Shown one piece after another: positions 1 through 7,970 of a stretch of 23,819 nucleotides of DNA. Numbering within the stretch: the stretch's first letter is position 1; each line of letters begins with the position of its first letter. The notes under the pieces are model-generated. The model was not told the origin of the DNA. It did no database searches and saw nothing but the letters and a program-made list of their open reading frames with translations. The stretch comes from an uncultured Thermococci archaeon. Lineage in GTDB: Archaea; Methanobacteriota_B; Thermococci; Thermococcales; Thermococcaceae. Both the position numbers and the translations under genes were made by a program. The stretch is taken from NCBI GenBank assembly GCA_964487115.1, contig CAZAPD010000088.1, positions 1 through 23,819 on the forward strand, written 5' to 3'.

Positions 1-222
1 ATAAGGCGCGGGGAGATAGGGGAGATACCGCTCGTCATCGAGGACAAGTGCACAGGCTGCAAGGCGTGCATACTCCTCACCGGCTGTCCTGCCTTAGTCT
101 ACGACCCGGAGACGAACAAGGTCCGCATAGACAGCCTGCTCTGCACCGGCTGCGGCGTCTGCAACCAGACGTGTCCGTTCGATGCTATCAAGTTCCCGAG
201 CGAGCTGGAGAAAGAGGGCTGA
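1..222 (+). CDS. iorA: Indolepyruvate:ferredoxin oxidoreductase alpha subunit, C-terminal 2x[4Fe-4S] domain (5'-truncated by the window)
   Basis: Frame 1 (not in the ORF track) reads IRRGEIGEIPLVIEDKCTGCKACILLTGCPALVYDPETNKVRIDSLLCTGCGVCNQTCPFDAIKFPSELEKEG*; CxxCxxC...GCP and CxxCxxCxxxCP motifs typical of the IorA C-terminus; TGA at 220-222. Confidence 0.88.
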   Translation: MRRGEIGEIPLVIEDKCTGCKACILLTGCPALVYDPETNKVRIDSLLCTGCGVCNQTCPFDAIKFPSELEKEG

Positions 223-227
223 CGCCC

Positions 228-911
228 TCACTCCCTCCACACTTCAAGAACCATGAAGCGCCTCACAAGTGGGTTCGGGTAGATTTCCCAGGCTATCCCC
301 TCCGTTTCTGCTTCAACTTCGCCGAAAAGACCGCCCTCTCGCGGGTCGAGGCTCTCGCCGTATATCTTTCCCGCCCTTATCTCGACCTTCATGTATCTCG
401 GCAGTCCAATTTTTATTGTTTCATGCTCTTCAACATGTTCAATTGCCCATTTAGCGGAGTAAATTCCTGAAAAAATCTCTGCTATCCTGACAGCCACACT
501 TTCCTTTCCTATGGCCGTCATCTCAATTCCTGTATCTTCCCAAAATTTCTTTGCAAGAGGCTGGAGTTCCTTTCTCAGTTCATGCCAGATAGCTTTCCCC
601 CTATCTGAGATTCTCAGGGCATCTATTGTAACATCATCGAGTTTTCTGATTTCTATACCTCCAAGGGAGGAGTCAATATGGATCACATCGGGCTTTGTTT
701 TTCTGGCAAGTTTCATTGCAAGCAGAGCCTCATCTCTAATTGCCTGTTTACCGCTCATATCATAGCCAAATGGATCATGATACTTAACAATGCTCATCGT
801 GGCTGTCCTATAGGGTTTTTCAATCAGAACTGCGGCAGTAGCCACGAGACCTATTGGATTATATTCCCCATTGAGCAATGCTCCGCCTGTATCAGATGCA
901 ACTATTCTCAT
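228..911 (-). CDS. DUF4152 family protein (conserved archaeal protein)
   Basis: MRIVASDTGGALL...IGLVATAAVLIEKPY...DVIHIDSSLGG; ATG at 911 preceded by a GGTGA RBS, so the ORF-track start at 941 is probably too long. Confidence 0.8.
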   Translation of the reverse strand: MRIVASDTGGALLNGEYNPIGLVATAAVLIEKPYRTATMSIVKYHDPFGYDMSGKQAIRDEALLAMKLARKTKPDVIHIDSSLGGIEIRKLDDVTIDALRISDRGKAIWHELRKELQPLAKKFWEDTGIEMTAIGKESVAVRIAEIFSGIYSAKWAIEHVEEHETIKIGLPRYMKVEIRAGKIYGESLDPREGGLFGEVEAETEGIAWEIYPNPLVRRFMVLEVWRE

Positions 912-978
912 TGCAATCACCGGTAAGGGGTAATTACCCAAATATGTTTTTGGTCTAATAATCTATTAAGGTGATCTT

Positions 979-1422
979 ATGGGTAGCTCAAGAAAGGTGT
1001 TATATGAAGCTTTAGGTGCATATATTGATGATTTGTCCAACGCTCTATATATAGGAACGGCGAGAGGAAGAATTGCAATGTCAAATGGGAACGGAGAATA
1101 TGAGATAACACCTTCTAATGGATCAATGCCACTAATAGACATATTTTACAAGCGGGGAGCCCTTGAATTTGTAGCATTTTGGGCTAATAATGGGGAGAAC
1201 AAAGCCTGCAGGCTTAAGGTTGCATTATCGAAGACAAGCTTAGAATATCACTCAAAACAAATAATACTAAGAATTGAACCTCATGGCACGCTAAAGGGCG
1301 TTACAGAGATTACTCTGATGGGAAACAAGGAATTTGCAAACACTTTAAGGCGTGCCATTCATGAAGAGAAGCACAGGAAAACAAAGGAGAAATGTGGAAT
1401 ATTGACTTCCTCTTTGCTTTAA
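979..1422 (+). CDS. Hypothetical protein, 147 aa
   Basis: ATG preceded by an AAGGTGA RBS; fills the gap between neighbours; no family recognised. Confidence 0.65.
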   Translation: MGSSRKVLYEALGAYIDDLSNALYIGTARGRIAMSNGNGEYEITPSNGSMPLIDIFYKRGALEFVAFWANNGENKACRLKVALSKTSLEYHSKQIILRIEPHGTLKGVTEITLMGNKEFANTLRRAIHEEKHRKTKEKCGILTSSLL

Positions 1423-1484
1423 TAACTCCTTATGGGACTTTTCTTCAATTACCGACTTTAAATGAAAATTTGGCTTGAATAAAA

Positions 1485-1913
1485 TCACGAAGTTTTAAAA
1501 ATTAATTCTACTTCAAAAGTGTTATCAGGTGTTAAATGTATTGTTAGCCGTACAAGGTTGTCGTGTTTATACACCACATCTGAAATTAATTTGGGGATAT
1601 CCTCCTTCCTCGAACGTATCTTAATGATGTTGTATTTGTTATGGCTACTTGTTATGGTGTATGTGGGTTCCAAGTTTAAAAATATCTTTGCCAGTATGGG
1701 GTCTTGGAGGATCATTCTCACAGTTTGAGAGAGGGTTACGGGGGAAACATTTAGAGCCCTTGCGATTTTGTTGCGTGGAATTTCAATTTTTCCACATCTT
1801 AATTTTCCATCACAGGTAACCCCAACTCCATGCATAAAGAGGTACTTTACAATTTTTGTTTTTACATTATGTCCTTTGAATGGCTTTTCAAGGATCTCCC
1901 ACAACTCTGCCAT
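1485..1913 (-). CDS. COG2150-like regulator of amino acid metabolism (HTH + ACT-like domain), short C-terminus
   Basis: LWEILEKPFKG...KIVKYLFMHGVGV..DGKLRCGKIEIPRNKIARALNVS...IFLNLEP matches the COG2150 N-terminal pattern; starts 22 bp after the racemase stop on the same strand. Confidence 0.72.
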   Translation of the reverse strand: MAELWEILEKPFKGHNVKTKIVKYLFMHGVGVTCDGKLRCGKIEIPRNKIARALNVSPVTLSQTVRMILQDPILAKIFLNLEPTYTITSSHNKYNIIKIRSRKEDIPKLISDVVYKHDNLVRLTIHLTPDNTFEVELIFKTS

Positions 1914-1935
1914 TTTGATCCCTGTTATGAGGGTA

Positions 1936-3333
1936 TTACCATCCTCTAAGGAAGTTAATAATCCTGTCTGGAACTTTTCCCTTTAGACTATCTTTTATAG
2001 ATTCCTCTATAATTTCCAGCCCTCTGTCCAGATCTTCCTTAGGGATATTTAGCGCAGGGGTTATCCTGAGTACATTACCATGTTTGCCGAATGTAATGAG
2101 GATTAGCCCCTTTTCCCATGCTCTCCAGCAGATTTTTAGGGCTGTAATTTTGTCAGGAGTCTTTAATTTTTGATCCTTGACAATATCTATCCCTATAAGC
2201 AGCCCTTTTCCTCTAATGTCTCCTATTATCTCATATTTTTCTTTCATCTCTGCAAATCGTTTGAAAATGTATCTTTCGAGCTCGTTTGCTCGTTCAATTA
2301 ATTTTTCATCTTTTATTACTTCAATTGTGGCTATCGCAGCAGAAGCACTTACGGCATGACCAAGATGAGTGAAAACAAATAGAGGAGCGGGAACACTTTC
2401 CATAATCTCAGCTTTTCCAATTAATGCAGATATGGGCATCCCTCCGCCCAAAGCTTTTGATGAGACAAGCAAGTCAGGAACTGCATCAAAGTGTTCTATA
2501 CCCCACCATTTTCCAGTTCTCCCAATTCCAGTTTGGACTTCTTCATCTATTAGAACAATACCATACTCCTCAGTGAGCTTCCTTAATCCCTTTATAAATT
2601 CTTTCGGGGGAACAATAACACCAGCATCACCCTGAATTGGCTCGAGTACAACTCCAGCGACGTCCTCATTAAGTTTCTTTACTTTTGCTTCGATTTTATC
2701 TAATGTACGATTTGATAATTCTGTGGGGTTTTCATAGCCGTTTATACCCCACATGTTGCGATAAGGATCAGGATATTCAACAAATTCTATATCCTTCAGT
2801 GGATGTATCTTCTCTTTCACGTTCTGCGCAATGATTCCTGTCACTGAAAGGGCACCATAGGTCATTCCATGGTATGAATCCTTGAATGATATCATGTATC
2901 TCCTCTTTGTATGCGCCTTGGCGGCTTTTATAGAAGAATCAACACTATCGGAACCAGAAAAACCGAAGGTGACTTTCTTTTCGTATTCTCCTGGTGTTAT
3001 TTCCATTAAAAGACTGGCGAGCTTTATGGGTGGCTCAATGTAGAAATACCCAAGAGTGTAGTTGATGTATCTATCAAGTTGCTCTTTAATGCTTTCAACA
3101 ACCCTTGGATGAGTGTGACCAATATTATAGACGGCCGCACTTGTTAGAAAATCTATATATTCGTTTCCATCGATATCCCAAACCCTGCTTCCCATAGATT
3201 TCGAAACTACCAAAGGATAATATCTCAGGCCAGAAGCTTTAGGAAGATATTTCTCACCAACCTCAACAGCTTGGATGTTTTTATCAATGTTCTTGGAAGT
3301 ATATTTTTTAATATCATTCCACTTCATTTCCAT
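1936..3333 (-). CDS. PLP-dependent class-III aminotransferase-fold protein, probable broad-specificity amino acid racemase (BAR, PH0138-like)
   Basis: Motifs [50 protein letters not shown] (PLP Lys), FTH; termini ([12 protein letters not shown]..., ...[10 protein letters not shown]) resemble P. horikoshii BAR as I recall it; ATG at 3333 with a GGAGGTG RBS. Confidence 0.82.
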   Translation of the reverse strand: MEMKWNDIKKYTSKNIDKNIQAVEVGEKYLPKASGLRYYPLVVSKSMGSRVWDIDGNEYIDFLTSAAVYNIGHTHPRVVESIKEQLDRYINYTLGYFYIEPPIKLASLLMEITPGEYEKKVTFGFSGSDSVDSSIKAAKAHTKRRYMISFKDSYHGMTYGALSVTGIIAQNVKEKIHPLKDIEFVEYPDPYRNMWGINGYENPTELSNRTLDKIEAKVKKLNEDVAGVVLEPIQGDAGVIVPPKEFIKGLRKLTEEYGIVLIDEEVQTGIGRTGKWWGIEHFDAVPDLLVSSKALGGGMPISALIGKAEIMESVPAPLFVFTHLGHAVSASAAIATIEVIKDEKLIERANELERYIFKRFAEMKEKYEIIGDIRGKGLLIGIDIVKDQKLKTPDKITALKICWRAWEKGLILITFGKHGNVLRITPALNIPKEDLDRGLEIIEESIKDSLKGKVPDRIINFLRGW

Positions 3334-3683
3334 TATAACACCTCCATGGTTCCGACATGGAATATAATTATGCGATTTCCTATGCAACTTTTTATAATCA
3401 TATATTTTCTGGTCTGATATATTAGTTTTTTTCTGCTTATTTTCGCTTATTATTGATAAAATTGTGGTATTTTCCAAGGAATCATTAAATTACAATATAA
3501 AACTTTTAATTAATACACATGAACAAATATTCAAGCTATTTTATTGTTATTATTTTGATTTTATGCAAATTAAATAATAAACTTTTAAATAAATATACGA
3601 AATAAACATTACAATAGGAGCAACTTCGAAACATGGATCCTTTTTTGAAATATTAAATTAAAAAATTAAAAAATTATAGAGTT

Positions 3684-5291
3684 TTAATGTCTCTTCAGGA
3701 TTTTTCCTGGCCTTTTTCCAGTTAATTTACCTCTCTCTACGACGATTTCTCCATTAACGATTACATATTCAATTCCTTCTGGGTATTGATGGGGATTCTG
3801 GTAAGTGGCTCTGTCCCTTATTGTCTCTGGATCGAAGATAACTATATCAGCCCAGAATCCTTCCCTAAGCAGACCTCTGTCCTGTAGTCGTATTTTCCCT
3901 GCGGGTTGGGATGTCATTTTCCTGATGGCTTCTTCCAGAGATAAAAGACCCTCTTCCCTGACGTACTTTCCTAAAACTCTTGGGAATGTTCCGTATGCTC
4001 TTGGGTGTGGTTTTCCACCGGCATAGGGAGCAGTTACCCATGAATCTGAAATAACTGAGGATAGCGGATTGGAGAGAACCCACTTCACATCCTCCTCATC
4101 CATAAGGAACAGCACCATAGCTGCGTCCCCTTTTATCTCAATAAGCCAGTCAAAGAGTCCGTCATAGGGATTGTCAATGGTACCCTTTTCTTTCAGAATC
4201 TGCTCAAGCGTTTTTCCTTCATACTTTTCTATTGAACACTGTGATATGAGAACTCCATCCCATCCAGCCGCTTTTAGGAAATTCTCCCCAACTACTCTGT
4301 CTTCCTCTATTTCTTGCTTTATTTTCTCTCTGATTTTCCTGTCCTTGAGCCTTTCAAGCATTTTATCCACTCCGCCTTCTAAGACCCAGTTCGGCAGTAG
4401 AGCTGTTATGGTTGTGCTGCCTGCAGTATATGGATAAACATCACAGCTAACCTCAACTCCTCTTTTCCTCGCTCTTTCCATGAGTCTTAATGTTGCACAC
4501 ACCTTTCCCCAGTTTGGTTTTCCAGAGGCTTTGTGATGAGATATCTCAACAGGAATCCCTGCTTCTTCACCAATCCTTATGGCTTCTTCAACGGCTTCTA
4601 TTAACCGCTTTCCTTCATTTCTCATATGGGTGGTGTATATTCCTCCATACTCTGCCGCTACCTTTGCCAGTTCAATGATCTCCTCTGTTGTTGCATATGA
4701 ACCGGGAGGATATATCAACCCTGTAGACATGCCAAAAGCACCTTCTTCCATTGCCTGAGCCACTAAGGCTTTCATCTCATCCAGCTCTTCTTTAGAAGGT
4801 TTGTCTGGGTCAAATCCTTTAACTGCCAAGCGTACTGTTCCCTGTCCAACCAGTGGGGCAAGATTCATTGTAGTTCCCTGTTTTTCAACTTTCTTATAGA
4901 ACTCGTTTAATGTTCTCCAATCCCACCCATAATCAAATCCTTTTGCTAAAAATGGCGAGACGTACCGTTTCAGCAGGTCAACTTTGTCGGGATTTAGAGG
5001 GGCCATTGATATTCCACAATTACCCACTACCGCGGTTGTTACTCCCTGCATAATATAACTCTCTGCATCTGGATATGCTAAGATTGTAAGGTCGGAATGG
5101 TTGTGAAGATCAATGAAGCCGGGTGAAACCACTTTTCCCGCTGCATCTATTTCTATTTCTCCTTTTTCCTTAATTTTGCCTATTTTTGCTATCTTCCCAT
5201 TTTTTACTGCTATGTCTCCTTTGAACCATGGAACTCCAGTTCCATCTACAATCCTTCCATTTTTAATAACTAAATCAAACTCTTCCACCAT
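3684..5291 (-). CDS. N-acyl-D-amino-acid deacylase (D-aminoacylase, amidohydrolase superfamily)
   Basis: IKNGRIVDGTG, PGFIDLHNHSD, QGVTT..GNCG, THMRNE, ISHHKA, SD, PHPRAYGTFPR, ADIVIFDP; ATG at 5291 with a GGGGTGG RBS. Confidence 0.9.
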   Translation of the reverse strand: MVEEFDLVIKNGRIVDGTGVPWFKGDIAVKNGKIAKIGKIKEKGEIEIDAAGKVVSPGFIDLHNHSDLTILAYPDAESYIMQGVTTAVVGNCGISMAPLNPDKVDLLKRYVSPFLAKGFDYGWDWRTLNEFYKKVEKQGTTMNLAPLVGQGTVRLAVKGFDPDKPSKEELDEMKALVAQAMEEGAFGMSTGLIYPPGSYATTEEIIELAKVAAEYGGIYTTHMRNEGKRLIEAVEEAIRIGEEAGIPVEISHHKASGKPNWGKVCATLRLMERARKRGVEVSCDVYPYTAGSTTITALLPNWVLEGGVDKMLERLKDRKIREKIKQEIEEDRVVGENFLKAAGWDGVLISQCSIEKYEGKTLEQILKEKGTIDNPYDGLFDWLIEIKGDAAMVLFLMDEEDVKWVLSNPLSSVISDSWVTAPYAGGKPHPRAYGTFPRVLGKYVREEGLLSLEEAIRKMTSQPAGKIRLQDRGLLREGFWADIVIFDPETIRDRATYQNPHQYPEGIEYVIVNGEIVVERGKLTGKRPGKILKRH

Positions 5292-5324
5292 TTTTCCACC
5301 CCCAAAAGACAAAATGAAAAAGCG

Positions 5325-6854
5325 TTAATATTCAGCTGGAGGTTCAGCTCCCCAGAATATCCTGACGACCCTTTCTGAGGGTATTTCCTTTGTGGCATAC
5401 GTGCCAATCAGATATGCGAGCAGTGATAACAGAAGGCTTATGATAACCGGATCAAATCCAAATCTCATAGGAGGATAGAACTTCTTGGCGATGATATAAA
5501 CTACCAGTCCTGTTATCATACTTGCTATGCCACCATATCTGTTACCTCTCGGCCATAGCAAGCCCAGAATTATTGGCCAGAACAATGCCGACATTAATCC
5601 CCCAATGGCGAAGATTATGATGTATTCCAATGCTGGAGGAGCTGCCAAAGCCAACAGGAATGCCGTTAGGCCAACCCCCAAAGTTGCATATATACTGGCT
5701 GTCTTTAACTGTTCTGCAGTTGCATCTGGCTTTACAACCTGTTTGTATAAATTCTGGACTATGGCACTGCTTATCAGGATTGTCATGGCCGCTATTGTGG
5801 ACTGTGCGGCACTTACAACCCCTGCAAACACTATACCTCCGACAGCTGGAGGAAGAACCGTTAATGTCACGGCTGGAACTGCATGATCTGGAACCGATAG
5901 CTTCGGGAACCACAGTCTGGCGAAGAATCCTGTGAATAACATAACGAATGTCCAAAACGTAACTACGATTACACCAAGATAAACTGCTCTTTTCATGGCT
6001 CTTGTATCTCTATAGCTGAGAGAAGCCATTAATCCGTGAGGAAGCGCCAACAGGCCTATGCTGAAGATTATCCACCATGAAATGACTATCTTTGCTCCTA
6101 AGGCATAAGGGTCAACATATTTTTGGCCAACCGTCTGAACCAAGGCATTATGAACTCCCACCAAGCTTCCGTAATGGGAGAGAGCGCCTCCAAATACACC
6201 AACTGCCAGTAAGATTGCTGCAAATGTCATGAAGACTCCCTGCAATACTGTTGCTAAACCTACTCCTCTTATTCCTCCTGTCGTTGCATAGAAAACTGTC
6301 ACTAATCCAGTTAGGATCAGGGCTGTTCTGTATGACCATCCCGTCATCACTTCAAAAATCCTTGATGCACCCACAAACTGGGAGGAGGCATATGCAATTA
6401 GAAATATCACTACCGGCAATGCATATGCTAATGCCACAAGCTTGCTCCTCTCATACCGCTCAAAGAGTATATCTCCAACTGAGAGAGCCCCTGTTCGTCT
6501 CGCTATTATGCCTATTATTTTTCCAACCCCAATTAGGATCATGAAATTCATAAAAATCTGCGACCCCACTATAGTAGCCCATGGCATTCCGAGTTTCCAA
6601 GATAGTCCCGGCCCACCTACAAATGTTCCGACACTGCATAGGCCAGCACCGATAAGGAATGCCACAACAACGGCTCCAAGTAGCCTTCCCCCCGTGTAGA
6701 ATTCCTCTGCGAATTTATCGATGACAGTTTTCCCGAGTCTCTTTCTGGTGTAAATGCCGATCAAGAGCAAACCAACAAGATATATTGTAAATACTATTGC
6801 TACTGCAATTCTCTCAGAAGATGTTATCGCGATCTCTTCTCCTGCCATTTTCAT
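5325..6854 (-). CDS. Sodium:solute symporter (SSS; PanF/PutP-like)
   Basis: About 13 hydrophobic segments; EFYTGGRLLG, S.GTFVGGPG, GGIRGV, ALPH, AAQST, LGLLW.RGNRYG motifs; start at 6854 or 6848. Confidence 0.9.
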   Translation of the reverse strand: MKMAGEEIAITSSERIAVAIVFTIYLVGLLLIGIYTRKRLGKTVIDKFAEEFYTGGRLLGAVVVAFLIGAGLCSVGTFVGGPGLSWKLGMPWATIVGSQIFMNFMILIGVGKIIGIIARRTGALSVGDILFERYERSKLVALAYALPVVIFLIAYASSQFVGASRIFEVMTGWSYRTALILTGLVTVFYATTGGIRGVGLATVLQGVFMTFAAILLAVGVFGGALSHYGSLVGVHNALVQTVGQKYVDPYALGAKIVISWWIIFSIGLLALPHGLMASLSYRDTRAMKRAVYLGVIVVTFWTFVMLFTGFFARLWFPKLSVPDHAVPAVTLTVLPPAVGGIVFAGVVSAAQSTIAAMTILISSAIVQNLYKQVVKPDATAEQLKTASIYATLGVGLTAFLLALAAPPALEYIIIFAIGGLMSALFWPIILGLLWPRGNRYGGIASMITGLVVYIIAKKFYPPMRFGFDPVIISLLLSLLAYLIGTYATKEIPSERVVRIFWGAEPPAEY

Positions 6855-7135
6855 TCCTCCTTCTTTTCAGATAACCAAGGGGATAAATCTATGTCTTCAA
6901 TCAGATTCCGCGTTGCAACAATCACTATCACTAGGAAGATCAATGAAATCCAGAGAAGGTTGAACCACCATGGAACTCCAAGAACCACTGCATTTGGGTT
7001 CTTTCCGACTCCAAATACATATGCGAGATATACGATGCTGTACACTGCCCATATGGATACCACAATAAAGAATTCCTTTCTCGCCCTCTTAAGGCGGGGG
7101 TCTTCTTTAATCCCGTATTCCTCAAGCACACCCAC
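6851..7135 (-). CDS. YhdT/DUF997-like small two-TM membrane protein accompanying the SSS transporter
   Basis: DPRLKRARKE...2 TM...GVPWWF...IEDIDL resembles YhdT; 4-bp ATGA overlap with the SSS gene; GTG start with an upstream GGGGTGGAG. Confidence 0.75.
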   Translation of the reverse strand: MGVLEEYGIKEDPRLKRARKEFFIVVSIWAVYSIVYLAYVFGVGKNPNAVVLGVPWWFNLLWISLIFLVIVIVATRNLIEDIDLSPWLSEKKEE

Positions 7136-7396
7136 AATACTCCACCCCCATGCGATTTGCTCTTATTATATCATGTAACAGAAATGTTCTATAAATATAT
7201 ATGATTTTCTATCAATTTTTTGCGATTTTAAACCTGTATTGAGAATTATATAACAAAAAAGCAATAAATTTTATATATATTTTCAGATATCATGATATTA
7301 TGCATAAAGCGATTTAGAAGTAATTTTTAACGAATTTACCATATTATTTTTAAATCAAAATGCCGAAATAATTCAATGATAAATCCAGAGGGGGAG
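7136..7396. promoter_or_regulatory. AT-rich divergent promoter region between the yhdT-SSS operon and lrp
   Basis: Very AT-rich 260 bp; TATA-like tracts on both strands; palindrome ATATCATGATAT at 7287-7298 and TGAT-N5-ATCA at 7202-7214. Confidence 0.6.
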
Positions 7397-7879
7397 ATGA
7401 ATGTGAGGCAGAATAAAAACAAAAACAAAGTCGAGCTTGATGAAATTGACAAAATAATATTGAAGCTCCTACAAGAAGATGGCAGAATGAGTTATTCGGA
7501 AATAAGTAGAAGGGTAAAGATTCCAGAATCCACTGTAAGGGTGAGGGTCAACAAGCTCGTGAAAAATGGCGTTATCAGAAAATTTGCCGCATTAATAAAC
7601 CCATTCAAAGCTGGATATAATATAATTGCTGTTATTGTTGTAGACGCTGAGCCGGCTAAAGTAAGACATGTTATTGATGAGCTTGCAAAACTCCCTGAGG
7701 TAGATGTCCTTGGAATTGCAACGGGTGCTCATGATATCTTTATGCAGGTTACAGCGAAAAATCTGCAGGAGCTTGAGACATTCATACTGGAAAAACTGGC
7801 GAAAATTGATGGGATAAAAAGCACGGAAACTTCAATATTAACCAGCGTCAAAAAATGGGGTTATGCCAGGGTTTTCTGA
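7397..7879 (+). CDS. Lrp/AsnC family transcriptional regulator (feast/famine regulatory protein)
   Basis: LDEIDKIILKLLQEDGRMSYSEISRRVKIPESTVRVRVNKLVKNGVI HTH plus a RAM domain (ATGAHDIF); start at 7397 or GTG 7403 after GGGGAG. Confidence 0.93.
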   Translation: MNVRQNKNKNKVELDEIDKIILKLLQEDGRMSYSEISRRVKIPESTVRVRVNKLVKNGVIRKFAALINPFKAGYNIIAVIVVDAEPAKVRHVIDELAKLPEVDVLGIATGAHDIFMQVTAKNLQELETFILEKLAKIDGIKSTETSILTSVKKWGYARVF

Positions 7880-7923
7880 GTATTGTTCATTTTTCTTTGG
7901 GTTCATTTAACAGATTAGATAAT

Positions 7924-7937
7924 AAAAGGTTTTTAAG
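7924..7937 (+). promoter_or_regulatory. BRE/TATA promoter of the HAN gene
   Basis: AAAAGG-TTTTTAAG about 35 bp upstream of ATG 7971. Confidence 0.55.
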
Positions 7938-7970
7938 ATGCACCCATACACTGAGGTAGAGGTGGGAAGA

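Noticed and set aside
48..470. 140-aa plus-strand ORF
   Set aside because: Out-of-frame shadow of iorA and antisense to DUF4152; the Fe-S motifs are in frame 1
3334..3477. 48-aa N-terminal extension of the racemase
   Set aside because: TTG start in AT-rich promoter DNA; the strong RBS and family similarity begin at ATG 3333
5325..6854. Assigning the symbol panF or putP
   Set aside because: The family is clear but the substrate is not; the context argues against pantothenate or proline
7675..7700. TGATGA...CTGA inside lrp as a second C/D sRNA
   Set aside because: No properly spaced C'/D pair; explained by the coding sequence
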